The translations under genes were made by a program, and so were the position numbers. A stretch of DNA of 64,000 nucleotides from Spirochaetia bacterium (GTDB taxonomy: Bacteria > Spirochaetota > Spirochaetia > DSM-27196 > Salinispiraceae). The stretch's first letter is position 1; the number at the start of each line of letters is the position of its first letter. Under the pieces are notes generated by a model. It had not been told where the DNA came from, did no database searches, and worked only from the letters and a program-made list of their open reading frames with translations. Of the stretch, positions 1-10,046 are shown piece after piece. The stretch covers positions 1 to 64,000 of the forward strand of contig JBBRCZ010000010.1 in assembly GCA_038204425.1 (NCBI GenBank). The letters are read 5' to 3'.

Positions 1-2063
1 ATTACAATGTAATTTGCACTTATTTTTAGCACTAGCCAACCAGAATATCCGCTAGTTCCCGTTCCTGGTGTGTAATTTATTTTTAATGTGGGCTTATATC
101 CTGGCCAGTTGGTGTAAGTGATTGGATTTCCTGCTACGCCATTACGGGTAATTTGCAGTAAATAACCATTGCCGGAATAGTTAAACGCACCCCTCAAATA
201 GATGGTGTCACCTGCCATGGATGCATCGTGAGCCGCTTGCAGAGTTTTGTATGGTGATCCAGAACTACCGTTTCCGTTGCTGGTGGCTTGAGCGTTGACA
301 TATACAGACCTGCCACTTGACACATTGGTGCCATATCCTGGGAAGGTATTGCCAAATCCAGTAAAGGTGTTAGGTATTGTAATTCGTGGTACTGCCACGG
401 TACTCGTTGTACTGCTGGTGGAACTTGATGTACTGCTTGAGCTAGTTGAACTTGTGCTAATAGTCTCTGTTAAGACTACATCGTCAATGTACACGGTTAT
501 AGCAGAAGCTCCTAGTAAAAATTTAACGAGGTTTGTGTTGTCGTCGCTACCACTATTAAAACTGAATGGTCCAAACACCGTTGGCGTCGAGCTTAAAGCA
601 ATGTTGTATTGGGCAAATCTAATAGTCCAAGGTGAAACATTTTGCTGAAAGGCTAAAGCGATAGTGCGATTTGTGTCGGCGCTCGCTTTAAACTTTATAG
701 AATAGTTTTTATTGGCTTTTATGGCAACGTTTTGGTAAACCTGTATTGAGTAAGCACCGGTACCAGCGTTACTAATGCTCGAAACGAGTGCTTTGCCACT
801 ATAGAGATTTTTTTCCGCTGCCGCAATTGTTGCTACAGCGCCGTTGTTTTGTCCGATGGTCCAGTTGTTAGTATTGATAGTAAATTCTGGATTTAAGAGC
901 AGACTTGCCAGTGTCGTTGTGGTGCTTGTGCTTGTGCTTGTAGAAGTCGATGTGCTGCTTGATGAAGTACTCGTGCTGCTTGATGAAGTACTCGTGCTGG
1001 TCGGTGTGAGATCAAGAACCTCAACTTCATCTATATAGACGGAACTAGCGTTGCCACCCAGAACAAACTTAACTACATTGCTGAGATCCGTTGCAGATGA
1101 GTCAAAAGTGTAAGGGCCAAATACTGTTGGCGTGGTGCTTAATGCAATGTTGTATCGAGCAAAATTGAAAGTCCACGGCGCTATATTTTGTTGAAAGGCA
1201 AAAGCGATAGTGCGATTTGCATCTGCGCTGGCCTTAAACTGGATAGAATACTTCTTTCCTGTTTCAATGGCCAATGCTTGGCTAAGCTGAATATCGTATG
1301 GATTGCTTCCAGCAACATTGATGCTCACTTTTAACGCTTTGCTGGCATAGTTGGTCTGGCTAACCAGACTTAAAGCTGCAGCCGTAGCGTTTTTTGCGAA
1401 AAGACCCCAGTTGGCGGTATCAAGATCAAAATTTGGATTGGTGATCAAATTGCTGCCACCATTAGTCAAACTGATTGTACTACTGGTTGTGACAGCTGCA
1501 AGTGTACTGGATGTTGTAGCCGAAGGATTGAGGTTAACAAAGGCCCACAAATAGCGGTCGTCGGTGCCCGCGGTTTCTATTTTTAATGGGTTTCCGTCAA
1601 ATTTATCAATCATGTACCATTTTCTATTGGGGAATGAATAAGGCGAGACCGTCACATAGCCGCTACCTGCGTCTGTTATAATAAACAACTCATCATCGCC
1701 AGAGTCTATAGTTTCCGTTGTTACGTTGCCGGATTCTCCAGAACGTAAGGCCATGCCGGTACTGTCGTTTACAATTCGGTAATATGAACCGACACTCGTT
1801 AGTGTCCATTCTTGAATGCTACTTGCACTATAGTCACTGTTGTAGACAGAACTACCGGCATAGCTGTCGGTTTTTAATACTTTGTCAGAAAACTTGTTAA
1901 GAATTTTGTAGTGGTCGCCCGAGTTAATGATAGCTCGACCGTTGGCATCTAGAGCCGTTGCATTTGAAGATTTTTCTATGGACTGGACGTCACAAGAAAA
2001 AGCAATGCTCAGTAGTGCAGCTGCGCACAACAATTTAATTCCATGCTTCAAAAAATTTTTCAC
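1..2063 (-). CDS. Multimodular carbohydrate-active lipoprotein (ricin-B/CBM13-like + 2x CBM4/9-like + start of right-handed beta-helix); runs off window start
   Basis: Not in ORF track (no stop in window). Manual translation from GTG 2063 (GGAG upstream) gives MKNFLKHGIKLLCAAALLSIAFSC (lipobox), a QEW-containing trefoil-like region and two NPxF...YSIxFKASAD...VYIDxV modules separated by Ser/Thr linkers. It then continues YVNAQATSNGNGSSGSPYKTLQAAHDASMAGDTIYLRG. Confidence 0.85.
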   Translation of the reverse strand, partial: MKNFLKHGIKLLCAAALLSIAFSCDVQSIEKSSNATALDANGRAIINSGDHYKILNKFSDKVLKTDSYAGSSVYNSDYSASSIQEWTLTSVGSYYRIVNDSTGMALRSGESGNVTTETIDSGDDELFIITDAGSGYVTVSPYSFPNRKWYMIDKFDGNPLKIETAGTDDRYLWAFVNLNPSATTSSTLAAVTTSSTISLTNGGSNLITNPNFDLDTANWGLFAKNATAAALSLVSQTNYASKALKVSINVAGSNPYDIQLSQALAIETGKKYSIQFKASADANRTIAFAFQQNIAPWTFNFARYNIALSTTPTVFGPYTFDSSATDLSNVVKFVLGGNASSVYIDEVEVLDLTPTSTSTSSSSTSTSSSSTSTSTSTSTSTTTTLASLLLNPEFTINTNNWTIGQNNGAVATIAAAEKNLYSGKALVSSISNAGTGAYSIQVYQNVAIKANKNYSIKFKASADTNRTIALAFQQNVSPWTIRFAQYNIALSSTPTVFGPFSFNSGSDDNTNLVKFLLGASAITVYIDDVVLTETISTSSTSSSSTSSSTSSTTSTVAVPRITIPNTFTGFGNTFPGYGTNVSSGRSVYVNAQATSNGNGSSGSPYKTLQAAHDASMAGDTIYLRGAFNYSGNGYLLQITRNGVAGNPITYTNWPGYKPTLKINYTPGTGTSGYSGWLVLKISANYIV
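922..999. repeat. Short tandem repeats encoding Ser/Thr linker
   Basis: GTGCTT x3 (922-939) and 21-bp GTGCTGCTTGATGAAGTACTC x2 (952-993). Confidence 0.85.
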
Positions 2064-2216
2064 TTTTTACTCCATTGATGATTTTGTTCAAAAAGACACA
2101 TTTGCGAAACGGTACCTCCTCCACCATGGCTGGGCTTTACCTATCAGGTACTATTTACCAAATAGGTTTCAATACAAAACATAAATGATATATTTTATAT
2201 TCTAGCACGGTTTGCA

Positions 2217-2245
2217 ACCTTATATCCCTTATTTCCACTTGTCAA
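2217..2245 (-). promoter_or_regulatory. Putative sigma70 promoter of the carbohydrate-active lipoprotein gene
   Basis: Minus strand TTGACA-17 bp-TAAGGT. Confidence 0.5.
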
Positions 2246-2304
2246 CCAAAAATTTCCAAACTTTTGCAAGTTGGCCCAAGCGCTCAAACCTATGGGTTAA
2301 CCTA

Positions 2305-2547
2305 ATGAGAGTTTTTTGTTATGCTTGAGCCAACAAGGACAAACATTGGAAATTGGGCGGGATGCCGACAATGGTGGGCAGTTGGTTTACTTGATGGAAC
2401 TGGCACGCGTGATGAGCGCTCACCCGGCGGTGACTTCGTTAGATATTTTTACGAGACTAATTGAAGACCCACAAGTCGAAGCAGTCTATTCAAAAGAAAT
2501 CGAGGCACTGAGTCCAAAGCTATGCATCAAATGAAAAAGGTCACATT
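2305..2547 (+). pseudogene. Broken 5' fragment of sucrose-phosphate synthase (GT4)
   Basis: LEIGRDADNGGQLVYLMELAR...DIFTRLIEDP matches the SPS N-terminal motif GRDxDTGGQ. ATG 2305 is out of frame at a T6 run; stop at 2534. Confidence 0.8.
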
Positions 2548-3771
2548 ATGTCCAACAATATTATCCCTGATTGGATTCATTCGCACTCTGCTGATTCTGG
2601 ATTTGTGGCGGCACGAGTATCAAAACATCTTGGCATCCCCTTTGCGCATACTGGCCACAGTTTTGGTCCTCGTATTGAAGCAGAAGAAACTGGTCTGGCC
2701 GAAGCCGAATTTATTACAACCAGTACCCAACAGGAGATACGCACCTGGGAAGTCTACCAAAATTTTGAACGTGGAATTTTTCACAGCATAGCTTTTGGCA
2801 TAGATACGGGACAAATCCCTTTTGAAATAGTCGAACGTAGCGAGCATGGTATTACGGTGGACTCAAGCGTAAGGGACGAGATGTCAAGTAACGGCAACAA
2901 AAACGTTAGCTCGATGTATACGGGGACAAGCCATGTTGAGCGTTATATTGAACTAGTGCAACAGAACCTGGAACTTTCTCGCGGGTTTGGCTTAAAACAA
3001 AGCAACCGTACTGCTTACTCTAAAAAATTGCGGACAGCCAAACGAATTATAGCACTTGATATCGACAACACCATGATTGCCCCAAAAATAGGCAATCCAG
3101 GACTCGACGTCCTGCGCGAAAAGCTGCTCAATAGGCCCGATGATTTGGCTTTTGCTGTAGCAAGCGGACGCGACCTGGGCCTAGTACGAGAAGCAATTGA
3201 AAAGTTTAAACTCCCTATTCCTGACATTATTATAAGTGCTATCGGCACCCAAATCGACTATCGTCCAGATGTCGACTATAGCGACAAAAGTTGGCACAAA
3301 TTTATCTCGTACCGATGGAACCGCCCACGCCTCATGCAATCGCTGTCGCTGGTAGATTTCTTGGAACTTCAAGAGCCGCAAGCCCAAAGTCCTATTAAAC
3401 TCTCTTACTATTGTACCAGAGAGAAGTATAATCTTGAGACTATACGTAAGGCACTGGGACGAGATTTTTTCCACGTGACGGTTCTTTACTCCCACGAAAA
3501 GTTTTTAGATATTTTGCCTCACAGGGCTTCTAAATCCAGAGCTCTGCGCTTTGTGGCCAAAAAGCTTGGGTTGAGTCCGCATAAAGTCATGACGGCCGGT
3601 GACTCAGGAAACGATGCAGACATGCTTGGTTCACCGTTTTTGTCGACTGTTGTCGGCAATTACAGTCCGGAGTTAGAAATACTTAGAAACCGAAACGGAG
3701 TGTATTTTGCAAAAGGCTTTGCCGCACAAGGTGTCTGGGAAGGTGTCAATCATTTTGATTGGCAATGGTAA
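2548..3771 (+). CDS. HAD-IIB sucrose-phosphate phosphatase-like domain preceded by internally deleted SPS glycosyltransferase remnant
   Basis: GT remnants PDWIHSHSADSG, HTGHSFG and RIEAEE; intact HAD motifs DIDNT, ASGR, K and GDSGND. Confidence 0.8.
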   Translation: MSNNIIPDWIHSHSADSGFVAARVSKHLGIPFAHTGHSFGPRIEAEETGLAEAEFITTSTQQEIRTWEVYQNFERGIFHSIAFGIDTGQIPFEIVERSEHGITVDSSVRDEMSSNGNKNVSSMYTGTSHVERYIELVQQNLELSRGFGLKQSNRTAYSKKLRTAKRIIALDIDNTMIAPKIGNPGLDVLREKLLNRPDDLAFAVASGRDLGLVREAIEKFKLPIPDIIISAIGTQIDYRPDVDYSDKSWHKFISYRWNRPRLMQSLSLVDFLELQEPQAQSPIKLSYYCTREKYNLETIRKALGRDFFHVTVLYSHEKFLDILPHRASKSRALRFVAKKLGLSPHKVMTAGDSGNDADMLGSPFLSTVVGNYSPELEILRNRNGVYFAKGFAAQGVWEGVNHFDWQW

Positions 3772-3794
3772 ATAGTTAAATGCTATCTGGGCGT

Positions 3795-3834
3795 AAAAAA
3801 ACCCTCTGCAGGCCAAGGCTCACAGAGGTTTTTT
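3795..3834. terminator. Bidirectional intrinsic terminator
   Basis: A-tract, CCTCTG...CAGAGG stem, T-tract between convergent genes. Confidence 0.7.
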
Positions 3835-3856
3835 GTTCGTTTACAAAACAGGTGAC

Positions 3857-4933
3857 TTAGTTTCGGTTGAGTGCGTTTAGGTCTTCAAATGCAGCCAAAA
3901 CACGAGCAACCATCGTGTCTTGAGCTTTTCTCAACCATACACGTGGGTCGTAGTATTTCTTGTTGGGCGAATCGGCGCCACTTGGATTACCCAACTGAGC
4001 TTGTAGGTAGGCTTCTTTTTCCTTGTAATACTTCAAAACACCTTCCCATGTTGCCCACTGAGTATCCGTGTCGATGTTCATTTTGACCACACCGTAACCG
4101 ATAGCTTCTCGAATTTCTTCTCGGCTAGAACCGGACCCGCCGTGAAAAACGTAGGTTACTGGATTGGCTTCTTTGGTCTTGTGTTTCTCTTGGACGTACT
4201 TCTGACCTTTATCAAGAATCTTAGGTGTCAGTTTAACGTTGCCTGGCTTGTAAACACCATGTACGTTGCCAAAGGCGGCGGCAACGGTAAAGTTTGGACT
4301 GATCTTGCTTAGTTCGGTGTATACAAGGTCAATTTCTTCTGGCTTGGAATACAAATCTTCTGGAGCTTTATCAGAATTGTCGACGCCGTCTTCTTCGCCG
4401 CCGGTAATGCCAATTTCGATTTCCAAGAACATCTCAAGCTTGCTCATACGGGCCAAGTACTTCTTACTGATTTCCATGTTCTCTTGCAAGCTTTCTTCGG
4501 AAAGGTCCAACATGTGTGAGGAAAAAAGTGGCTTGCCGTGTTTTTTGTAAAATTCTTCGCCTGCGTCAAGTAGTCCATCAATCCATGGAAGCAACTTCTT
4601 TGCACAGTGGTCAGTGTGTAGAACTACCGGAATGCCGTACTTCTCAGCCAAAAGATGTACGTGCTGGGCACCCGAGATAGAACCAAGAATGGCTTTTTCT
4701 TCTCCGGCTGCTACCAGACCCTTGCCTGCATAAAACTGACCACCACCGTTAGAAAACTGAATGATGACTGGTGACTTGGCTTTGGCTGCGGCTTCCATAA
4801 CTGCGTTGACAGAGTCACTTCCGACAACGTTAACTGATGGCAGTGCAAATCCTTCTGCCTTACAAATATCAAAGAGTGTACGCAAGTCTTTGCCGTACAC
4901 CACACCTGGCTTAATCTTGTCTAGAATTCCCAC
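3857..4933 (-). CDS. fbaA: Fructose-bisphosphate aldolase class II (type A)
   Basis: HTDHC, SSHMLDLSEE, FGNVHGVYKPG, FHGGSGS, KMNIDTD, NKKYYDPR. Confidence 0.97.
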   Translation of the reverse strand: MGILDKIKPGVVYGKDLRTLFDICKAEGFALPSVNVVGSDSVNAVMEAAAKAKSPVIIQFSNGGGQFYAGKGLVAAGEEKAILGSISGAQHVHLLAEKYGIPVVLHTDHCAKKLLPWIDGLLDAGEEFYKKHGKPLFSSHMLDLSEESLQENMEISKKYLARMSKLEMFLEIEIGITGGEEDGVDNSDKAPEDLYSKPEEIDLVYTELSKISPNFTVAAAFGNVHGVYKPGNVKLTPKILDKGQKYVQEKHKTKEANPVTYVFHGGSGSSREEIREAIGYGVVKMNIDTDTQWATWEGVLKYYKEKEAYLQAQLGNPSGADSPNKKYYDPRVWLRKAQDTMVARVLAAFEDLNALNRN

Positions 4934-5114
4934 GTTTAATTCCTTTGGACGTAAATTTTATTTTCTGTTGGAAAACAATCTGTCCTACGATTCTATCGAA
5001 ACTTTGTCTCAATAGCAAATGCTTTTCTGGACGGCTAGTAATTTTTTGGGGCCCGCGTAGGGCATGCACTTCTATTTGGCATGCTGCACGTTTTAATGAT
5101 AACGTTACTCCATC

Positions 5115-6623
5115 ATGTTAAACAAACACGCAGTAGTAGTTGGTGCGGGCGTTGGGGGCTTAGCCGCTTCCATCAGATTGGCTGTTGAGGGTTTTTCGGT
5201 CAGTGTCTACGAAGCCAACAGCTTTGTTGGTGGTAAGATTAACAGCCAGCGTTTTGGAAACTATCGATTTGATATGGGTCCGTCGGTTTTTACAGGACCA
5301 GAGTATATCCGGCAACTTTACCAACTGTGTGGAGAAGACTTTGCCTCATTTGAGTATCAAGGCCTCAAGCACATCTTTAACTATTTTTATCCCGATGGAA
5401 GCTTGCTTAGACTACCCTCAGAAAAAAAGTTGATGATTAAGACGTTGTCTGAGTTTTTTGGTGAAGATGCAAGAGTTTTAGAAAAGTACCTTAAAAAGGC
5501 CGAAAGAAACTACCAAGCGATTACCCCAGTCTTTATCGAACGTTCGCTGCATCGGTTTTCTCAGGTTTTTTCACCACGCTTGATCACGGCTTTTAGGCAT
5601 CTATTTGGCTACAAATTGAGCAAGACCATGCATCAAGAAAATGTTGAAACTTTTGACAATCCAAAGACGGTTCAGTTTTTTGACCGCTATGCTACTTACA
5701 ACGGTTCGGACCCTTACAAGGCTCCTGCCATGCTCAATATGATAGCTCATCTTGAGCTCAATATTGGCCCTTTTTTGCCAAAAAAGGGCATTGTACAAAT
5801 AGCTGACAGCCTTTATGAGCTGGCATTGCGACAAGGTGTTCAGTTCTTTCTCAACCATGCTATTGAGGAAGTTCTGGTACTTGACGGCAAAGTCACTGGT
5901 GTTCGTAGCGCGCAAGGCACATTTGCAGCAGATCTTGTTGTCAGCAATATGGACGTCAGCAACAGCTACAAGTACTTGCTGGCCAAAGAAAAACGACCAA
6001 GCAAGACATTGGCCCAAGAGCCATCCAGTTCGGCAATAGTTTTTTATTGGGGTATAAAAAATAACTTTGAACAATTGGGTCTTCACAACATTTTTTTTGC
6101 GGATGATTATAAAAAAGAGTTTGAGGCGATCTTTGACAGCAAGACCCTGCACGATGATCCAACCATTTATGTTAACATTACGTCTAAACTTGTGGCCGGG
6201 GACGCTCCGCCAAGTGGGGAAAACTGGTTTGTGATGATAAATGCCCCCAGCAATGTGGGCCAAGACTGGCCAGCTATTGTGGCCAGCGCACGTAAGATTC
6301 TTTTAAACAAACTTTCAAAAAGACTCGGCCAAGATATTGAGTCTTTGATTGAAGTCGAAGATGTAATGGATCCACCGCTTATCGAAAAAAAATACCGTGG
6401 TAATCACGGTGCCATCTATGGCAATGCATCTAACAATCGTTTTGCTGCCTTTCTACGCCATCCCAACTACAGTAAACGTATCAAAGGATTGTACTTTGTT
6501 GGGGTGACTGTCCACCCGGGTGGCGGAATTCCGCTAGCTATCAACAGCGCAAAGATTGCACTAGATTGCATAAGGCAAGACTATAAACTTAAGCGAAGCA
6601 AGTATGGTGGTAGAGTATTATGA
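5115..6623 (+). CDS. Phytoene desaturase family protein, CrtD-like (1-hydroxycarotenoid 3,4-desaturase)
   Basis: GAGVGG FAD motif, RFDMGPS, RYATYNGSDPY, GENWFVMINAP, HPGGGIP. Confidence 0.85.
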   Translation: MLNKHAVVVGAGVGGLAASIRLAVEGFSVSVYEANSFVGGKINSQRFGNYRFDMGPSVFTGPEYIRQLYQLCGEDFASFEYQGLKHIFNYFYPDGSLLRLPSEKKLMIKTLSEFFGEDARVLEKYLKKAERNYQAITPVFIERSLHRFSQVFSPRLITAFRHLFGYKLSKTMHQENVETFDNPKTVQFFDRYATYNGSDPYKAPAMLNMIAHLELNIGPFLPKKGIVQIADSLYELALRQGVQFFLNHAIEEVLVLDGKVTGVRSAQGTFAADLVVSNMDVSNSYKYLLAKEKRPSKTLAQEPSSSAIVFYWGIKNNFEQLGLHNIFFADDYKKEFEAIFDSKTLHDDPTIYVNITSKLVAGDAPPSGENWFVMINAPSNVGQDWPAIVASARKILLNKLSKRLGQDIESLIEVEDVMDPPLIEKKYRGNHGAIYGNASNNRFAAFLRHPNYSKRIKGLYFVGVTVHPGGGIPLAINSAKIALDCIRQDYKLKRSKYGGRVL

Positions 6624-9154
6624 AACTAACTTTTGTTTTTATGCTTGTTTTTTTGACGCTGTATTGCTTGCATGCTCGCGAAATAAGCATTGATATTAGG
6701 GACTCTGATCTTGATCTATCCTTGGAAGGGGCTACCGTCACTAGTCCGGATGGCACTCAAGTACTAAGCGATGCTCAGGGTATGGCGATTGTGATTGCCA
6801 ATGAAGAGCGTGCTCAAGTTTTTGTTATCACCTACCCCGGCTATTCGAGCTTACGAATCATTTGCAGACCAAATGATACGACGTTGCAGGCTAGGATGCG
6901 TTTGGCGGGTGTTTTGGAGAACCAAGAGTTAGTAATTGAGGCCCGCCGGCAAGGCAAGTCCGACGCTGTCCTTGGCCAAAGTCAAGTATTAACGCGCGAC
7001 ACCATCCAACAATCAGCAAAAATTGGCTTGATTGAAGATGTAATGACCGCTATCAAGATGCTGCCGGGGGTCGGTTTTGCCGGTGGCTGGAACGCCTTGC
7101 CATCGATTAGAGGCGGGGCGCCGGGTGACCTAACAGCAGCGCTTGATGGCTTCTATATCGAAGACCCTTATCACTGGGGGGGCGCTTTTTCTATCTTTAG
7201 TCCCAACATGACGCAAAGTGCTAAGCTGTCTCATGGCATTTTTAGTACTCGTCACGGCGATGCTAGTTCTGGTCTATTGGAGGTCAGTTCACTTGACCTT
7301 GCACTTGATCATGTTCGCTTTACCACCGACTTTACCACCAGCGCGTTTGAGTTTTCTTTCTTGGTTCCGTATCAAAAAAAAGGCGGTTTTTTACTGGGCG
7401 GCAAGGTGACCTATTGGGATCCTTTTGTGGCTCTGGCTGGTTTAATAGTACCCGACATAGCTATTTCCGTTAGCACGGCACCTTTTATTCGCAATGCCTT
7501 TCTCAAAAATAGCTTGCAGCTGGGGGATAACGTTGAATGGCAACTCAACGGCTTTATTGCAAGTGACGGAGTTGGATCCAAAGCAGTAATTTCTAACGAA
7601 GAAAAAACAGTCAAGAATGACATTAACTTTGACTGGCTCAATGTAATTGGTTTTGCCTACACTGGTCTCAAGTTGACACCGGATCCTCGCCTCTTGATCA
7701 GACTAACTCTTGGACTTGGCGGCAAGCATTCCAACTTGGCAACTCAAAGTTTATTGAACGGCGAATTTGTCTACAGTGATCGCTTTTTGGACGACTGGGA
7801 CATGATAGATGGTGTAGCCGACCGCCTAATTGATGGCCAGACTGGCTACAGTATAAGTTCCAGGTCAGGAGACTTTGAGAGCATCCGTGGCCAATTAAAC
7901 TACCAAGGCCGATTGGATTTTGATGTTGATATTGGCTCCAAGTTTTTCCTGGCGCTTGGCGCGACTGAAAACGTTACACTGCCCAGCTCTAAATTTAATG
8001 GTTCCTCGTGGCAGTATTTTATAGACCAGTTTGATCCGTTTACTGGAAAACCCTATGCCCAAGTTTCTGAACGAGTTTTTGACAGCGATACTCAGGGCAA
8101 TACCTTTTTTGCGACCGGGGCCTACAGCCTACTTTCGTATGGGACGGCAGATGATGCGGTGCGCTTTGAGCTTGGGGTGCGACTAGACCACTACTATATT
8201 CTTGGGCCACCCGACAGTGACTTTGAGCTGGATACCAAAATTGCGGCCAATCCACGCTTTTCGCTAACTTTTGATCTTTTTGACGATAGCGCTAAACAAG
8301 ACCGCTTGGCTGCCACCATCGGGAGCGGCTTGTTTTCTCGCCCAACTAGCCAGAAAAATCTTTTGGATAAGAGCTTTAATATCCAGTCAGGCCAACTTGG
8401 CCCGGATCGAACCTGGACATCGGTGGCCGGCATTGAGTTGCTGCTTGGCGGTGAGTATAAGTTCCAAATTGAGGGCTACTTTAAGTATGGCTTTGAACGC
8501 TTCTACTTTGAACAAATCTATTCAGCTAGCACTCTGAGCATACAACCACATTTTGATGGAGAAAGCATAATCTGGGGTATAGATTTACTTGCTCAAAGGC
8601 TTGAGTCGCGCTATCTGGACGGCTGGATTAGCTACTCATTTAACTGGACACGGTACCGTGACCCACAACATCAAGCCGCCAACGGTTCGCAATACGGGGC
8701 TGGGTCGGGAGACTGGTATTGGCCTGACTTTCACCGCTTTCACTCCGCCAATCTCTTTCTCAACTGGAAGCCAGTTGACGGTTTTAGCCTTATTACAAAA
8801 CTTTCGTTTGGCTCCGGAACACCACAACAGCAAACAGGTAGTGTCAACGCTATGGCCGCTAGACGGCAAGATGGTGTTATAGAAGAATTTTACACGCGTA
8901 CTCAGGAATACAGCGACAGCCTACGCACCGAACTTAGCATTCCACTTGATCTTAAGTTTACTTGGCATTGGTATGACAAGGATTCTAAAGTACGTAGTGA
9001 GTTTTACTTTGGCGCAGAAAATGTGCTCACCAATCTTTATGAGCCCAAGGGTGCCACAGCTTATGACAGTGCTACGGGCGAAGAATACCCCGGCACTGTT
9101 TCGTTTTCGGTCGGCATCCCGCTCTTTTCGATCGGCTTTAATTGGAGTTATTGA
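6620..9154 (+). CDS. TonB-dependent outer-membrane receptor
   Basis: Signal peptide, carboxypeptidase-regulatory-like N-domain, plug motif (LPGV...SIRGG...LDG), beta-rich body, C-terminal GFNWSY; upstream of exbBD-tonB. Confidence 0.85.
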   Translation: MKLTFVFMLVFLTLYCLHAREISIDIRDSDLDLSLEGATVTSPDGTQVLSDAQGMAIVIANEERAQVFVITYPGYSSLRIICRPNDTTLQARMRLAGVLENQELVIEARRQGKSDAVLGQSQVLTRDTIQQSAKIGLIEDVMTAIKMLPGVGFAGGWNALPSIRGGAPGDLTAALDGFYIEDPYHWGGAFSIFSPNMTQSAKLSHGIFSTRHGDASSGLLEVSSLDLALDHVRFTTDFTTSAFEFSFLVPYQKKGGFLLGGKVTYWDPFVALAGLIVPDIAISVSTAPFIRNAFLKNSLQLGDNVEWQLNGFIASDGVGSKAVISNEEKTVKNDINFDWLNVIGFAYTGLKLTPDPRLLIRLTLGLGGKHSNLATQSLLNGEFVYSDRFLDDWDMIDGVADRLIDGQTGYSISSRSGDFESIRGQLNYQGRLDFDVDIGSKFFLALGATENVTLPSSKFNGSSWQYFIDQFDPFTGKPYAQVSERVFDSDTQGNTFFATGAYSLLSYGTADDAVRFELGVRLDHYYILGPPDSDFELDTKIAANPRFSLTFDLFDDSAKQDRLAATIGSGLFSRPTSQKNLLDKSFNIQSGQLGPDRTWTSVAGIELLLGGEYKFQIEGYFKYGFERFYFEQIYSASTLSIQPHFDGESIIWGIDLLAQRLESRYLDGWISYSFNWTRYRDPQHQAANGSQYGAGSGDWYWPDFHRFHSANLFLNWKPVDGFSLITKLSFGSGTPQQQTGSVNAMAARRQDGVIEEFYTRTQEYSDSLRTELSIPLDLKFTWHWYDKDSKVRSEFYFGAENVLTNLYEPKGATAYDSATGEEYPGTVSFSVGIPLFSIGFNWSY

Positions 9155-10026
9155 TGAAAGCAAAATACTTTGGAAATCGCAGTCCGCTGATCCGTTTTTG
9201 TTTGCTGGTGTTTGTCAGTCTGCTGGGGCTCATGACGGGCTCGTGTAGCAGCCTAGTTGGGTTTGGTATGAATGCTTTGCAAAGCGCTGTTTCTGATGCT
9301 CCACAGCTCACAACATTAGAAACTTATACACTCACACAGGAGCAGACTGACTTTAAGCTTGAGCTTGCACAGGACGGGCAAAAGGTAAACTATCTCGTTC
9401 TCAGTTCTAACCTAGTGCCGGGCGTCAAAATATATGGGCTTTGGCAGCCTGAGCACAACCAGGCAGAACTTACCAAATGGTACGGCTTTGCCAATTGGCC
9501 TGGTGGCTGGAGTGAGTTTGAGGAAAGTCTAACTGGTCAATTATATGTCAGTTTTGGCGAGGGTTTAGTTAGCATCAAGACCAAGGATGCAATCCAAAAA
9601 CTTGAGCTTATAAAAGGACGCATTAGACTTGGCAACACCATTTTTAGCCAAGAGCGTTCGCTGGGTCTATTGAGTCTGCGTCGCACTAGAGTTCTGGCAC
9701 TTGTGGAGTACATGCAGAGCGCCGAGCATGCACCAAACGACAGCCAATCCAAAGAATTTAGAGACTATTGGACCACATATTTGTTGCCAGAACTCAGCCA
9801 AGCAGGAAAAGCAGGCAAAACAGTGTACGCTGAAGGCGTAAACTGGCATAGTGACTATAGTGCAGAGATACTTCCACAGCATCTTGCCCAACTGCGCGAC
9901 CAAGGTGGTATTTTGCGTGACTGGCAAGAAGCTTATGATTGGCTGCTGGCTGAGTATTCTTGGCCCACATTTTTGGCGGTTCTTGACCAAGGCCTGAGCC
10001 TCAATCTCTTGACTAAACATCAATAA
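9154..10026 (+). CDS. Hypothetical lipoprotein in TonB operon
   Basis: ATG 9154 overlaps receptor stop (TGATG); hydrophobic stretch ending LMTGSC. Confidence 0.7.
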   Translation: MKAKYFGNRSPLIRFCLLVFVSLLGLMTGSCSSLVGFGMNALQSAVSDAPQLTTLETYTLTQEQTDFKLELAQDGQKVNYLVLSSNLVPGVKIYGLWQPEHNQAELTKWYGFANWPGGWSEFEESLTGQLYVSFGEGLVSIKTKDAIQKLELIKGRIRLGNTIFSQERSLGLLSLRRTRVLALVEYMQSAEHAPNDSQSKEFRDYWTTYLLPELSQAGKAGKTVYAEGVNWHSDYSAEILPQHLAQLRDQGGILRDWQEAYDWLLAEYSWPTFLAVLDQGLSLNLLTKHQ

Positions 10027-10046
10027 ACCTTGGCAAGGAGAATTAA

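Noticed and set aside
2110..2170. TPP, c-di-GMP or hammerhead match in the leader
   Set aside because: Only fragments (ACCUGAU, GAAAC) present; core motifs such as CUGAGA are missing
295..2184. Five short plus-strand ORFs, several Val/Leu-rich
   Set aside because: Antisense shadows of the long minus-strand lipoprotein; the Val/Leu runs mirror Ser/Thr linkers
5601..6263. Long antisense ORFs (also 19262-19930, 46047-46616, 50654-51229)
   Set aside because: Opposite well-supported genes; no motifs recognised
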